DNA from: Patescibacteria group bacterium
GTDB lineage: Bacteria > Patescibacteriota > Minisyncoccia > Phycocordibacterales > Phycocordibacteraceae
Assembly (NCBI GenBank): GCA_018826905.1
Contig: JAHJYC010000002.1
Span: forward strand, 14,786 to 78,785
Reading direction: 5' to 3'
DNA: 64,000 nt
Position 1 is the first letter of the stretch. Each line of letters begins with the position of its first letter. Under the pieces are notes generated by a model that saw only the letters and a list, made by a program, of their open reading frames with translations, ran no database searches and was not told the DNA's origin. The translations under genes and the position numbers were made by a program. Positions 55,590 through 64,000 of this stretch are shown here, piece by piece.

Positions 55590-56189
55590 ATGATTGTTCT
55601 AGACGTTGAATCAACCGGTCTTGTTCCAGAATCGCACTCCATTCTCTCTATTGGAGCGTTGGATCTGGGCGACCCAACCAACCAGTTTTATGAGGAATGC
55701 CGTATTTGGGAGGGGGCAGCTGTTGACGAGGATGCGCTTCGTATAAATGGCTTCACAGAAGAGGAGATAACCTCACCGAGCAGACAGACAGAGGAAGGAC
55801 TTATACGAGCATTTGTTGCGTGGGCAACAGATCGCCCCAAAGATAGAACACTCGCAGCACAGAACCCATCTTTTGATCTAGAATTTGTTCAAGCAGCATG
55901 CAAGCGTGCAGGTATTGAGTGTCCGTTTGCAAAGCGCACCATTGATGTCCATACGCTCGTATGGATGCATATGACAGAAAGGGGGGTGGAGCCACCACAA
56001 AAGCATGCACATTCTGCAATTAATTTGGACTTCGCACTTCAGTATTGCGGTATTCCTGAAGAACCAAAACCACATAACGCACTCACCGGAGCGTTTTGTC
56101 ACGCAGAGGTTATCTCACGCATAGCGTATAATAAAAAGACATTGCCCGATTTTAATGTTTACGATATTCCATGGGAGACGAACCAATAA
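55590..56189 (+). CDS. DEDDh 3'-5' exonuclease (DnaQ/epsilon-like)
   Basis: Exo I LDVESTG, Exo II AQNPSFDLEF, Exo III H...D region; alternative TTG start 55560. Confidence 0.8.
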   Translation: MIVLDVESTGLVPESHSILSIGALDLGDPTNQFYEECRIWEGAAVDEDALRINGFTEEEITSPSRQTEEGLIRAFVAWATDRPKDRTLAAQNPSFDLEFVQAACKRAGIECPFAKRTIDVHTLVWMHMTERGVEPPQKHAHSAINLDFALQYCGIPEEPKPHNALTGAFCHAEVISRIAYNKKTLPDFNVYDIPWETNQ

Positions 56190-56959
56190 TTTCAACACCA
56201 ACAGAAGACCTCACTATTCCTGATCCAGCAGACACACCAGAACGTCATCGTGAGATGGGATCAGTACTTGCAAGAGCTATTGAAGAGGGGAGACATGATG
56301 TGCCACAAAACCCTGCACCGCTTGTCTGTAAACCAAAGAAACTTGAGAGCTGGAGGGTGTTTAAGATCATGGCTGAGTTTGTAGACGGCTTTGATCTCCT
56401 TAAAGATTACGGACTTACTGCAACTTTCTTCGGAAGTGTTCGCACGCAACCTGGAGATCCTTATTACGAAGCGGCTGTTGACCTTGGGGCGAGACTCGCA
56501 AAATCAGGATTCGCTATTGTTACAGGCGGTTCTGCAGGGATTATGGAGGCAGGGAACAAAGGCGCGTACGATGCAGGAGGCTCTTCCGTTGGTCTTAATA
56601 TCAGACTCTCGGATGATCAGTCTCTTAACAAGTACATAAATAACTCGTTCACTTTTGATCACTTCTTTGTGCGCAAGGTGATGCTGGCATTTGCGTCTCA
56701 GGTGTATGTGTACTTCCCGGGAGGATACGGAACGCTAGATGAGTTCACTGAGATTCTTACACTCGTTCAGACAAAAAAGATTAAGGAAGTTCCTATTCTT
56801 TTGTATGGAAAGGACTATTGGGATCCAATCGTTGATCTCTTCAAGAATCATCTTTATGCAAAGTTCCATAACATTGATGAGGCAGACCTAAATCTTTTCC
56901 ATGTTGTTGATTCTGTGGAGGAAGCGCATGAATACATCACGAAGAATGTAACCTGCTAG
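56171..56959 (+). CDS. LOG family protein (TIGR00730; cytokinin riboside 5'-monophosphate phosphoribohydrolase-like)
   Basis: FFGSVRT..., VTGGSAGIMEAGNKGA, PGGYGTLDEF motifs. Confidence 0.85.
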   Translation: MGDEPIISTPTEDLTIPDPADTPERHREMGSVLARAIEEGRHDVPQNPAPLVCKPKKLESWRVFKIMAEFVDGFDLLKDYGLTATFFGSVRTQPGDPYYEAAVDLGARLAKSGFAIVTGGSAGIMEAGNKGAYDAGGSSVGLNIRLSDDQSLNKYINNSFTFDHFFVRKVMLAFASQVYVYFPGGYGTLDEFTEILTLVQTKKIKEVPILLYGKDYWDPIVDLFKNHLYAKFHNIDEADLNLFHVVDSVEEAHEYITKNVTC

Positions 56960-56961
56960 TT

Positions 56962-57102
56962 ATGGATTACAGCCAGAAGCGACTTCTCGGAGGTGCACTT
57001 CACAACAAGAAGAACAAGAGATTGCAAAAGTATGCGTTCCTTACTGGAGTTATGAGTATGCTTATTTCTCTTGTGCACCTTATCGTTACTGCTATTAAAT
57101 AG
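56962..57102 (+). CDS. Small tail-anchored peptide, paralog 1 (46 aa)
   Basis: MDYSQKRLLGGALHNKKNKRLQKYAFLTGVMSMLISLVHLIVTAIK: basic N-half + C-terminal TM; ATG 3 nt after LOG stop; not in ORF track (<60 aa). Confidence 0.4.
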   Translation: MDYSQKRLLGGALHNKKNKRLQKYAFLTGVMSMLISLVHLIVTAIK

Positions 57103-57123
57103 CTGTGATATTCTTTTTGGTAT

Positions 57124-57249
57124 ATGGCACGCGCCCACAAGAAAAGAAAAGCAAAAGACCAGCCAGGTCTTGAGGTCTATGCATTTTGGACTGGGTTTGC
57201 GAGTACGATGATTAGTCTCGTTCAGGTTTTGATTCTGGCAAGCAAATAG
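57124..57249 (+). CDS. Small tail-anchored peptide, paralog 2 (41 aa)
   Basis: MARAHKKRKAKDQPGLEVYAFWTGFASTMISLVQVLILASK shares YAFxTGxxSxxISLVxxxxxAxK with paralog 1. Confidence 0.4.
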   Translation: MARAHKKRKAKDQPGLEVYAFWTGFASTMISLVQVLILASK

Positions 57250-57261
57250 GGAAGGGAAAAG

Positions 57262-57292
57262 TAAAGACCGTCGCGAGAGCGACGGTCTAATG
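57262..57292. terminator. Bidirectional terminator
   Basis: agaccgtcgc-gaga-gcgacggtct followed by aatggtattttt. Confidence 0.7.
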
Positions 57293-57520
57293 GTATTTTT
57301 CCCTCCGGTGTTCAATCACCTTTGGAACAAGCCAGTCCATGTACAGACCCCCGCCAATTAGAAAGGGGGCGAGTGCAAGGTACAGAACTTCCGCACTGCA
57401 ATGTGCCTCCCCGTGTTCATAGATGTACGCGAGGTTAAAGAGGCCGAGAAATCCAAACAGGATAAAAGAAGCAGAGGCAGCAATGAGCAAGATCTCACAC
57501 AGTATAAGAAACTTCTTCAT
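57287..57520 (-). CDS. Small membrane protein (2 TM)
   Basis: 77 aa, MKKFLILCEILLIAASASFILFGFLGLF... ; no family. Confidence 0.45.
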   Translation of the reverse strand: MKKFLILCEILLIAASASFILFGFLGLFNLAYIYEHGEAHCSAEVLYLALAPFLIGGGLYMDWLVPKVIEHRREKYH

Positions 57521-57670
57521 GACAAAGACCTCCTCCCTCTACGTGGCGCAGGGTGCCGTGTCGGGTATGTCCTTAGGATGTCAGAGATATGAGATTATCT
57601 CAAGCTCACAAAAATAAAAGAAAGCCGCGCTTAAACGAGGAATTATTAAGCGCGACAGGGTAGGGCATTT

Positions 57671-57925
57671 TCATGCCTGACCATTTGTAAAGGGCGGAAG
57701 AATTTTTTGAGGGCTGGCATCGCTGGGTTTGTACAGGGTAATAAACGCGATGACAAAGAACACCAGGCTGGCTATAAAAAACCACCCCGCACGTTCCTTG
57801 TCGCCAGAATTGACCGACAGGTTCATGAGCACGATGGCTACCACAAACGAGCCGGCACAGATCCATCCGTTCTTAGACATGACAAAGAACCTTTCTTCTA
57901 TAGCTTGATTGCTAAAACAGCTCAA
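57671..57925 (-). CDS. Small membrane protein (2 TM); alternative start 57880 (MSKNGW)
   Basis: Two hydrophobic helices separated by NLSVNSGDKERAG loop. Confidence 0.45.
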   Translation of the reverse strand: MSCFSNQAIEERFFVMSKNGWICAGSFVVAIVLMNLSVNSGDKERAGWFFIASLVFFVIAFITLYKPSDASPQKILPPFTNGQA

Positions 57926-58413
57926 TTAAAGTTTGCCAGATGTACAGACCGTGTCAATTCAAGTCTAAAGTGGAAAGGGAATTGAATGCAAACTAGCCTG
58001 CTATGGCCACAATCCAAAAACCACTCCCCTAGCATCCAAAATCCCAAATCGGGGAAGGGGTCTCTTTTTGTTTTATTAAGCGCAAATATTATTTACAAGC
58101 CTTGAAGCGAGACACAGGTCGCCTGATAGAAAACAGATATACGTCTCAATAGGGGATAGAGAAGTCTGGATAAGGACTCAAGGCAGATTAAGTAATAACC
58201 GTGCAGAAGCCTAGATTCTTAATGTGCGCACAATATACCTTTTACGATAAACAAACAAACCTTTATATACAACGCGCCTGGGCTGCGAGCTATTTAGTTC
58301 GCTCTTCTTTCCTTCTTTGGATGCATCTACGCTTGCGTACGGGCTCCTGAGGCTGGCAGGAGATGGTGATCTCTCCCTTTCTATGCGTGCCGGCTATTTT
58401 CTCTATAAAAAGA

Positions 58414-58460
58414 CACTCCCCCGATACGTCCCAAATCTGAGTTTGGGTATCGGGGGAGTG
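58414..58460 (-). terminator. Long near-perfect hairpin terminating the LapA-like gene
   Basis: cactcccccgatacgtcccaaa-tctgag-tttgggtatcgggggagtg (~20-bp stem, one small bulge), T-run on minus strand. Confidence 0.55.
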
Positions 58461-58478
58461 GTACTTCCCTATTCTTTT

Positions 58479-58817
58479 CTACATTGCTGAAGGGTGAGTT
58501 GGTGGAGGTGTTGTTGCATTAAGACGTGCAGTTGCTTCCTGGGCAGTGTGCAAGTATTCCTGAGTCTCTTCTTGAAGCGATTTGTTCTGCTTCTTAAGTC
58601 TTGATATAGCCATGCTGCTCCTTACAGCACTTGGAATTGAAGCTAGGAGACTGAATACAATACCAACAAGCATTGAGAGCATAACGACAATTGCGAGTGA
58701 ACTCTCAAACTGCCAGCCAATAAATGAGAGTGCAACAGTAGCGGTGTTTTGAAGAATAAAGATAATCGCACCAGCACCGATAACGAATCCGAGTATTAGA
58801 GAAAGAATCATGCTCAC
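58479..58817 (-). CDS. LapA-domain (DUF1049) inner-membrane protein
   Basis: Two N-terminal TM helices followed by coiled-coil (RLKKQNKSLQEETQEYL). Confidence 0.55.
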   Translation of the reverse strand: MSMILSLILGFVIGAGAIIFILQNTATVALSFIGWQFESSLAIVVMLSMLVGIVFSLLASIPSAVRSSMAISRLKKQNKSLQEETQEYLHTAQEATARLNATTPPPTHPSAM

Positions 58818-58852
58818 AGTCTACCGTGAGTAGAGTGAAGCTTTCATGAAAC

Positions 58853-59722
58853 CTATGCAGTCGCTACTTTTGTTTTACAACTCTCAGAGCAGTACGTTCC
58901 TTCTTCAGACTGACAGCTCTCGCAAGCAAGAAAATGGAGATGGCATAAATCATTTTTACAGTTCACATAGAGCTCTGTTGTTTCAGAGCATAGATGGCAG
59001 ACACCAACGACAGTGCGGTCCCCACCAAAGTCCATTGTTTTTCGTCTATCAAAGGTATAGAGAGCACCTTCAAAGTCTTTGCCTGGGAACTTTTCCATGT
59101 AGGAATGGATCCCATTCTCCAATTGGTACACATCCTCAAACCCGTGTTCAAGCAAAAAGGCAGACATCTTTTCGCAACGAATGCCTCCCGTACATACCGT
59201 AAGGACCGTCTTGTCCTTAAGAGACTCAAGTTTTGGGAGTGCCTTAGGGAGATCACGAGAATTCTCAAGACCTGGATTTATAGAATCCTTGAAGTGCCCA
59301 GACTGATACTCATAGTCGTTACGCATATCAACGACAACAAAATCTCGTTGTTCTTCGTACCAGGTGCGGAGCTCTTCAGCAGAGAGACGCTTTCCAGTTC
59401 TTTTTGTAGGGTCAATCTTCTTATCAAACTTTGTTCCAACAATCTCTTCACGAACCTTAACGGAAAGCTTTGGGAACGAGTCTCCGGTACCCACACTTCG
59501 CTTTACGTTCATGTCTTTAAATAAGGAATAGGAAAGGAGGGCAGAGGCAAACTGCTCTGTTTGTTCTACTTCCCCTTCTACAGTGCCGTTAATTCCCTCC
59601 TCAGCGATAAGAATGCGACCAACTAGGGAATGTGCAACAGCAAGATCCCGTAGCTGCTCCTTAAGAAGCTCGGGATCTTGAATAGATACGTATTTGTAGA
59701 ACAGAAGCACTTGATGCGTCAT
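58853..59722 (-). CDS. trhO: Rhodanese-domain tRNA uridine(34) hydroxylase (UPF0176/YceA, TrhO)
   Basis: N-terminal UPF0176 domain, rhodanese active site CTGGIRCEK, C-terminal Cys cluster. Confidence 0.85.
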   Translation of the reverse strand: MTHQVLLFYKYVSIQDPELLKEQLRDLAVAHSLVGRILIAEEGINGTVEGEVEQTEQFASALLSYSLFKDMNVKRSVGTGDSFPKLSVKVREEIVGTKFDKKIDPTKRTGKRLSAEELRTWYEEQRDFVVVDMRNDYEYQSGHFKDSINPGLENSRDLPKALPKLESLKDKTVLTVCTGGIRCEKMSAFLLEHGFEDVYQLENGIHSYMEKFPGKDFEGALYTFDRRKTMDFGGDRTVVGVCHLCSETTELYVNCKNDLCHLHFLACESCQSEEGTYCSESCKTKVATA

Positions 59723-59758
59723 ATGGCCCTGATTCTACACTAGACTAGAGCTTTCTGG

Positions 59759-60613
59759 CTAGAAGCCGAGTCTCCAGGTGGTGCCACGTATAGGGAAGGC
59801 TCCGTATACGTCTGCTCCAGTGTCTATAGAATCAACGTCTAACATAAGCGTCTGCCCCGCTTCCCCGCTAGCACTAGAGCTCAGGTTGCTCTTAAGTGTA
59901 AAGATACGGAATGAACGCGGGCTCATAACCGCACTCAGTGGAACGTACACTTCGTTGCCATCAAAATCAGAAGTAACAGTTGTGCGTGAACCGCCCTTGT
60001 CATCATTCGTTGCGAAGCTGGTTATTACGTCTGTGTCAGCGGACCCGTTTTGTACAAGAGTAAATCCATTTATGAGAGCAGCCTCTGAACTCGTGTTCTC
60101 AACTTTAATGTAGGCAACAGGGACAGATGCGCCTCTTGCTGCAACACCTCCAGTGAGGAGTGGTATTGAACTAACTGAAAGTACCCCAGCATCCTCATCA
60201 ATGTCTGAGACATCTACGGTGCTTGTTTGTTGCCCAGCAATTTGTAACTCTGCAGTACACGTCACTTCATCAGAGCCCTTCTCAAAGGTAAAGTCGTACG
60301 AACCACTTCCCTCTGCATTTAGGATGCGAAGTCCGATGGTTGCTATAGCTTTCCCTTCCCGATCTTTACCAGATTCAGCATTGATACCGATCCACGCAAG
60401 GATAACTCGCTCTCCTGTACGAATCTCAACTTCCTTAGATCCTTCAAACACCTGGTATCCACGAGGTGTGCTTGTTATAAGCAAACATCCAAGATCGTCA
60501 TCAGCTGCCTGTGCAGCCGTCGGAGTTAGTAAAAGCCCTACAATAAATAAGAGAATGAGGGGGGCGCTTAGTGCGCGCGAAAAGATCGTAGTCATATGTA
60601 AGTAGTCTAACAA
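59759..60613 (-). CDS. Hypothetical secreted protein
   Basis: Signal peptide ...LLTPTAAQAADDD; beta-rich; no family. Confidence 0.5.
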   Translation of the reverse strand: MLDYLHMTTIFSRALSAPLILLFIVGLLLTPTAAQAADDDLGCLLITSTPRGYQVFEGSKEVEIRTGERVILAWIGINAESGKDREGKAIATIGLRILNAEGSGSYDFTFEKGSDEVTCTAELQIAGQQTSTVDVSDIDEDAGVLSVSSIPLLTGGVAARGASVPVAYIKVENTSSEAALINGFTLVQNGSADTDVITSFATNDDKGGSRTTVTSDFDGNEVYVPLSAVMSPRSFRIFTLKSNLSSSASGEAGQTLMLDVDSIDTGADVYGAFPIRGTTWRLGF

Positions 60614-60734
60614 GTAATGCTCTTTACGTATAGTAATAAATGTCGCGTAATCTTCATGAAGATGAAGATGCTAACGAGACAGGCCTTCTGCACATGTGCA
60701 GAAGGCCTGAAGCTCTAAAATGTAAACAAAGTGA

Positions 60735-60971
60735 TTACACTCCGTTCACACGGTCTCCTACTACTTCTGAGTCTGTTGAACTGTTGATCAACATAACGCC
60801 ACTGTGTGTACCAATATTTGGAGCAGTCATGATTGCTGCTGAGGGTGTTGCTGCCTCAGTGGTCATAACTTCACCAGCCTGATTAACATATGCGAATGTT
60901 GCAGCTAGCGAGAGGCTTGGTACTGCGATAATTGCGGCAAGTGCTGCCATTCCGAGGAAAGTTGTTTTCAT
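60735..60971 (-). CDS. Small secreted hypothetical protein
   Basis: 78 aa with signal peptide MKTTFLGMAALAAIIAVPSLSLA. Confidence 0.4.
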   Translation of the reverse strand: MKTTFLGMAALAAIIAVPSLSLAATFAYVNQAGEVMTTEAATPSAAIMTAPNIGTHSGVMLINSSTDSEVVGDRVNGV

Positions 60972-61061
60972 GTGTAGTGTCTTAGGGATTAATAATCCTC
61001 TGTCACTATATAGAAGACCCCATGAACGTAAGATGAAGCGTTCATCCTCAATAACTCCAGA

Positions 61062-61319
61062 TTACGCCTGATCAGCCAGATGACGAGTAAAATGCTGCTT
61101 AATAGTGGCGTCTAGTGCGCGACTGAATTCAATGGCGTGCTTCGGCGACAGTGCTATCTCAGATACCAATTGCCCTGTTTCTGAGTTGGGGCGTACGTAG
61201 GCAAATTGAATTAATACTGCATCGTCCGATACCGTCACCTGTGTTGCGTTTACGAACTCTGCCTTCGCATCTGTCGGAAGAACAATAGATATTTGTTTTT
61301 GTTTTACTTCTCCTTCCAT
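61062..61319 (-). CDS. DUF3467-like small protein
   Basis: 85 aa; ...AEFVNATQVTVSDDAVLIQFAYVRP...LSPKHAIEFSRAL pattern. Confidence 0.45.
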   Translation of the reverse strand: MEGEVKQKQISIVLPTDAKAEFVNATQVTVSDDAVLIQFAYVRPNSETGQLVSEIALSPKHAIEFSRALDATIKQHFTRHLADQA

Positions 61320-61321
61320 AC

Positions 61322-61516
61322 TTAGAATATATTCTTAATAGACTGAATAAGTCCTGCTATCCAGACAACGAGTATCTCCCATCCGTCCTTGATGTGTGCC
61401 CAGACAAAACTAAAGTTGTCCTGGCCTGTTGGAGACTCAACGATATTACGTATTGAAATCCCAAAATATGAGAGTGCCAAGACGAGAATAATGAGCAGGA
61501 TGATGAACCTAACCAT
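61322..61516 (-). CDS. Small membrane protein (start at MVRFIILLIIL)
   Basis: Only the C-terminal 65 aa of the track ORF look protein-like (2 TM); upstream part overlaps the AlkA-like gene and is Cys/His-rich low-complexity. Confidence 0.3.
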   Translation of the reverse strand: MVRFIILLIILVLALSYFGISIRNIVESPTGQDNFSFVWAHIKDGWEILVVWIAGLIQSIKNIF

Positions 61517-61531
61517 AGATTTCAGTATACT

Positions 61532-62176
61532 ATGGCAATGTCTGTCAAAAAGGTGAACGCAGTGGATGCTGCCATGCTCCATCTGAAGCAAGTAGACCCA
61601 GTGTTGTACGCTGCCGCACTCCCCCATGTCGCCCACCTTCGTGGCAAAGCGGTACGAAGATGGAAGACGGATAACGCACTCTTTGCTGAGCTCGCAAGCT
61701 CTGTAACAGGACAGCAACTCTCCACAAAAGCTGCAGATACTATATGGCAAAGACTCGTACTCGCCTGCAAAGGTGAAGTAACTCCAGAAGCGATCTCTAA
61801 GCTACGCGTCCCCACGCTCCGCAAGGCAGGACTCTCTGCAGCAAAGGGTAAGACTCTAAAAGAGTTGGCTAAAGCAGTACAAGCAAAGGAACTTGACTTG
61901 TCTCTATTAAAGAAGCTTCCAGAAGAGGAAGCAATTATTCAACTCTCTTCAGTATGGGGTATTGGAAGATGGACCGCTGAGATGTTTCTCATGTTCGCGC
62001 TCCACAGAGAGGACGTCTTTTCTCCTGGAGATCTCGGTCTTAGGAGGTCTATAGAACAACTATATGGTCTGGAGAAAGATGTGCATCAAAAAGAGCTAGA
62101 AGCTATCTCAGTACTGTGGTCTCCACATAGGACGTTTGCGTCTAGAGTGCTGTGGAGGGTGCGGGATGATCTGTAG
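61532..62176 (+). CDS. HhH-GPD superfamily DNA glycosylase (AlkA/Mag-like 3-methyladenine glycosylase)
   Basis: HhH LSSVWGIGRWTAEMFLMFAL and catalytic Asp in FSPGDLGLRR. Confidence 0.8.
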   Translation: MAMSVKKVNAVDAAMLHLKQVDPVLYAAALPHVAHLRGKAVRRWKTDNALFAELASSVTGQQLSTKAADTIWQRLVLACKGEVTPEAISKLRVPTLRKAGLSAAKGKTLKELAKAVQAKELDLSLLKKLPEEEAIIQLSSVWGIGRWTAEMFLMFALHREDVFSPGDLGLRRSIEQLYGLEKDVHQKELEAISVLWSPHRTFASRVLWRVRDDL

Positions 62177-62193
62177 CAGCAGTTCTGATGGAA

Positions 62194-63531
62194 CTACAGA
62201 TATGACATTGGATTCAAGTACGCGTCCTTAGGCGCAACAGGCATTGTTGCATTTGCACATCCTGTAGTAGCACCTCTGTATTGTGCGAGTGTCATAATCT
62301 GAATACCTGCCGACGCGTATACTCCAAAGTGAAGGTGTGGTCCTGTTGCGTAGCCAGTCATACCAGAGTTCCCTAAGAACTGACCTGTCGTTACACTTTG
62401 CCCTGAAGACACTGCAATGGAGGAAAGATGTGAATACAACGTTGAAAGTCCATTCGGGTGCTTCACAACAACCCACTTTCCGAATGAATAACAGCCGGGT
62501 ACTGCGTCTGTGTTCCCTGTTGCGGTAACTGTTCCTGAAAGTGCCGAGAGCACTGGAGTTCCCGTCGGCATACCAATGTCAATTGCGTTGTGTCCTGAGC
62601 CGTTATAGATCTGGGCATTTGCTGTTGCGAAGGCAGTGTTCCCAAAGTACTGCGTGATGCAGCGAGTATTGCCGAGTGCACTTGCCTTCCCTGCGCACGA
62701 TGCTGCAAAAGTAGAAGAGTATGGCCACGCAAGAACTCCTGTTTGTGCTGAGGGAGCGGCGCCCTTTCCAATAGACGCAAGACTATTTTCAAGACTTGAG
62801 AGCGCGGACTCAAACAACTTCTGCTCTGCACGCTTTTTTGTAATAAGTGCCTGGTAGGTGCTTTCCTGATTTTTTGTCTGCGTTAGAAGCTTATCCTTCT
62901 CGCTTTTTGCAACGTCTAAAGACTTCTTCTGGTTTGAAAGTTCTCCCTGAAGCGAAGTAAGTTCATTTTTCTTTGCGCTTACATCTTGCTTCTGCCCGGT
63001 GAGCTCTTCTTTTGCTTGAGAGAGGTTCGCCACATTTGCACGAAGTGCATCGTTAATGGCAGCCGCGTCGTCCATGGCAATCCATGCTGCTGTTAGGTTG
63101 TCAGCTGCGAACACCTGCTCAACTAGTGAGATATCACCCGTCTCTGCCATAGTACGAATAGATTTCTCTAGAGTTCTCTTGTCTAGGGCAATAAGTTGTT
63201 CGGTGTCCTCAATATCGTATGAAAGTTTGTCTAACTTCAGGTTTGTTGAAGAGATCTTGTTCTGCGTAAGATTAATTTGGGTGGAGGTTTGTTGACGAGA
63301 AATGTCCAACGTCTTAATTGCAGACTGTAGTGTCTGCTTCTGTCCAGACACAACATTAAGTTGCTTCTGGTATTCGTTAATTTCTTTTTCTAGTTCCTGA
63401 ATCTTTCCGTTGTGTTCTTCAATTTGGGATTTAATCTCGTCCACACTCTGTGCAAAGACATCGTTCGCAACGCCAGAAAGCGCAAGCCCGAGTACGCAGA
63501 TTGAAAGAAAGAAAAGACGGAACTTCAACAT
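62194..63531 (-). CDS. M23 peptidase with long N-terminal coiled coil (EnvC/NlpD-like)
   Basis: Signal peptide, ~250 aa coiled coil, C-terminal HNAIDIG...D, ATGPHLHFG (HxH) M23 motifs. Confidence 0.85.
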   Translation of the reverse strand: MLKFRLFFLSICVLGLALSGVANDVFAQSVDEIKSQIEEHNGKIQELEKEINEYQKQLNVVSGQKQTLQSAIKTLDISRQQTSTQINLTQNKISSTNLKLDKLSYDIEDTEQLIALDKRTLEKSIRTMAETGDISLVEQVFAADNLTAAWIAMDDAAAINDALRANVANLSQAKEELTGQKQDVSAKKNELTSLQGELSNQKKSLDVAKSEKDKLLTQTKNQESTYQALITKKRAEQKLFESALSSLENSLASIGKGAAPSAQTGVLAWPYSSTFAASCAGKASALGNTRCITQYFGNTAFATANAQIYNGSGHNAIDIGMPTGTPVLSALSGTVTATGNTDAVPGCYSFGKWVVVKHPNGLSTLYSHLSSIAVSSGQSVTTGQFLGNSGMTGYATGPHLHFGVYASAGIQIMTLAQYRGATTGCANATMPVAPKDAYLNPMSYL

Positions 63532-63534
63532 CCG

Positions 63535-64000
63535 CTACAGTATAGCAAGTGCAGAGCGAAGTCGTGAAGAGGACTCAGGAACGCCAAGTATGGATATAAG
63601 CGTGAAGGGGTCCGGAGACTTCTCAAGACCAGAAAGAGCGTATCGCGTTGGCCATAGCACACCGCCTCTTCCGCCCTTCCCTTTCTCTTCCTCCGCGTCA
63701 GCAATTGGCATAAGAAGTGCCTTCGCTTCATCAGCTGAAAGTGTGTCTGGAGCAGCCTCCAGAGCCCCTAAAATGCTCTCCAGGGCCTGTTTTGTAAGGT
63801 TTGCGCGCTCTGCTGGCTCCTTGGCAACCAATAGGTCTTTTTGGGGTGTGGGAGCTTCCCACATGCATGAAAGCTCTCCTTTGAGCATCTCTCTCGCCTC
63901 TCCAAAGGTATGGGTGCGTTCTCGCAAAAGCGGGACTGCTTTGCGAAGCTTCTCGGAATCAGGTGCAACAAGCAAACCACGTTCTATGAATGCTTCATCA
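63535..64000 (-). CDS. gltX: Glutamyl-tRNA synthetase, C-terminal (anticodon-binding) fragment; 5' part beyond window end
   Basis: ...GGVLWPTRYALSGLEKSPDPFTLISILGVPESSSRLRSA typical GluRS C-terminus; ORF open to window edge. Confidence 0.75.
   Translation of the reverse strand, partial: DEAFIERGLLVAPDSEKLRKAVPLLRERTHTFGEAREMLKGELSCMWEAPTPQKDLLVAKEPAERANLTKQALESILGALEAAPDTLSADEAKALLMPIADAEEEKGKGGRGGVLWPTRYALSGLEKSPDPFTLISILGVPESSSRLRSALAIL

Noticed and set aside
1-64000. CRISPR arrays, rRNA genes, IS elements or transposases
   Set aside because: Scanning both strands, no regularly spaced short direct repeats, no rRNA-like conserved blocks and no DDE or serine-recombinase transposase ORFs were seen. 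The only repeat families found are the tRNA-Asn 3'-end copies and the terminator-style hairpins.

Overview
This is a 64-kb chromosomal window from a moderately low-GC (~46-50%) bacterium with compact, mostly housekeeping gene content. Short N-terminally minimal proteins, an editing-domain-less ProRS and many cell-wall hydrolases are compatible with an uncultivated, small-genome lineage, but taxon is not determinable from sequence alone. Recognisable blocks, in order: a ribonucleotide reductase R2 C-terminal fragment; a cluster of peptidoglycan-remodelling enzymes (3D-domain, GH18, VanY/M15, M23) with an embedded bacterial SET-domain gene; yggT-yggU; a two-component pair (response regulator fused in an operon with an inositol monophosphatase, plus a sensor kinase); tRNA-Asn(GUU); glutaredoxin, hpf, def-fmt, priA (degenerate helicase motifs), murA and a stand-alone mreB; holB, frr, rseP and proS; mreB-mreC-mreD-mrdA-greA; a partial dcw cluster (MraZ-box, mraZ-rsmH-ftsL-ftsI-murF) ending at tRNA-Glu(CUC); truB, yqeY, a P-type ATPase, rmuC, rplU, recR-dnaB-cysS, corA-like, ctp, rplI, rpmA, a DnaQ-like exonuclease, a LOG-family gene, trhO, an AlkA-like glycosylase, a second M23 peptidase and a gltX C-terminal fragment. 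The most notable accessory content is an integrase-less island at the 3' end of tRNA-Asn, bounded by two degenerate direct copies of the tRNA 3' end. Its cargo is (i) an intact MmeI-family Type IIL restriction-modification enzyme and (ii) an adjacent, tightly linked pair of HEPN-like proteins (a Hypoth_Ymh/TIGR02391-like protein plus an Rx5H Abi-like protein) that may form an undescribed defence module. Other anomalies: two single-gene, high-GC (~62%) islets in the low-GC backbone; tandem paralogous ~45-aa tail-anchored peptides; a 550-bp AT-rich non-coding block with long hairpins; and a 248-bp intergenic region with a possible structured RNA. No CRISPR array, rRNA or transposase was seen.
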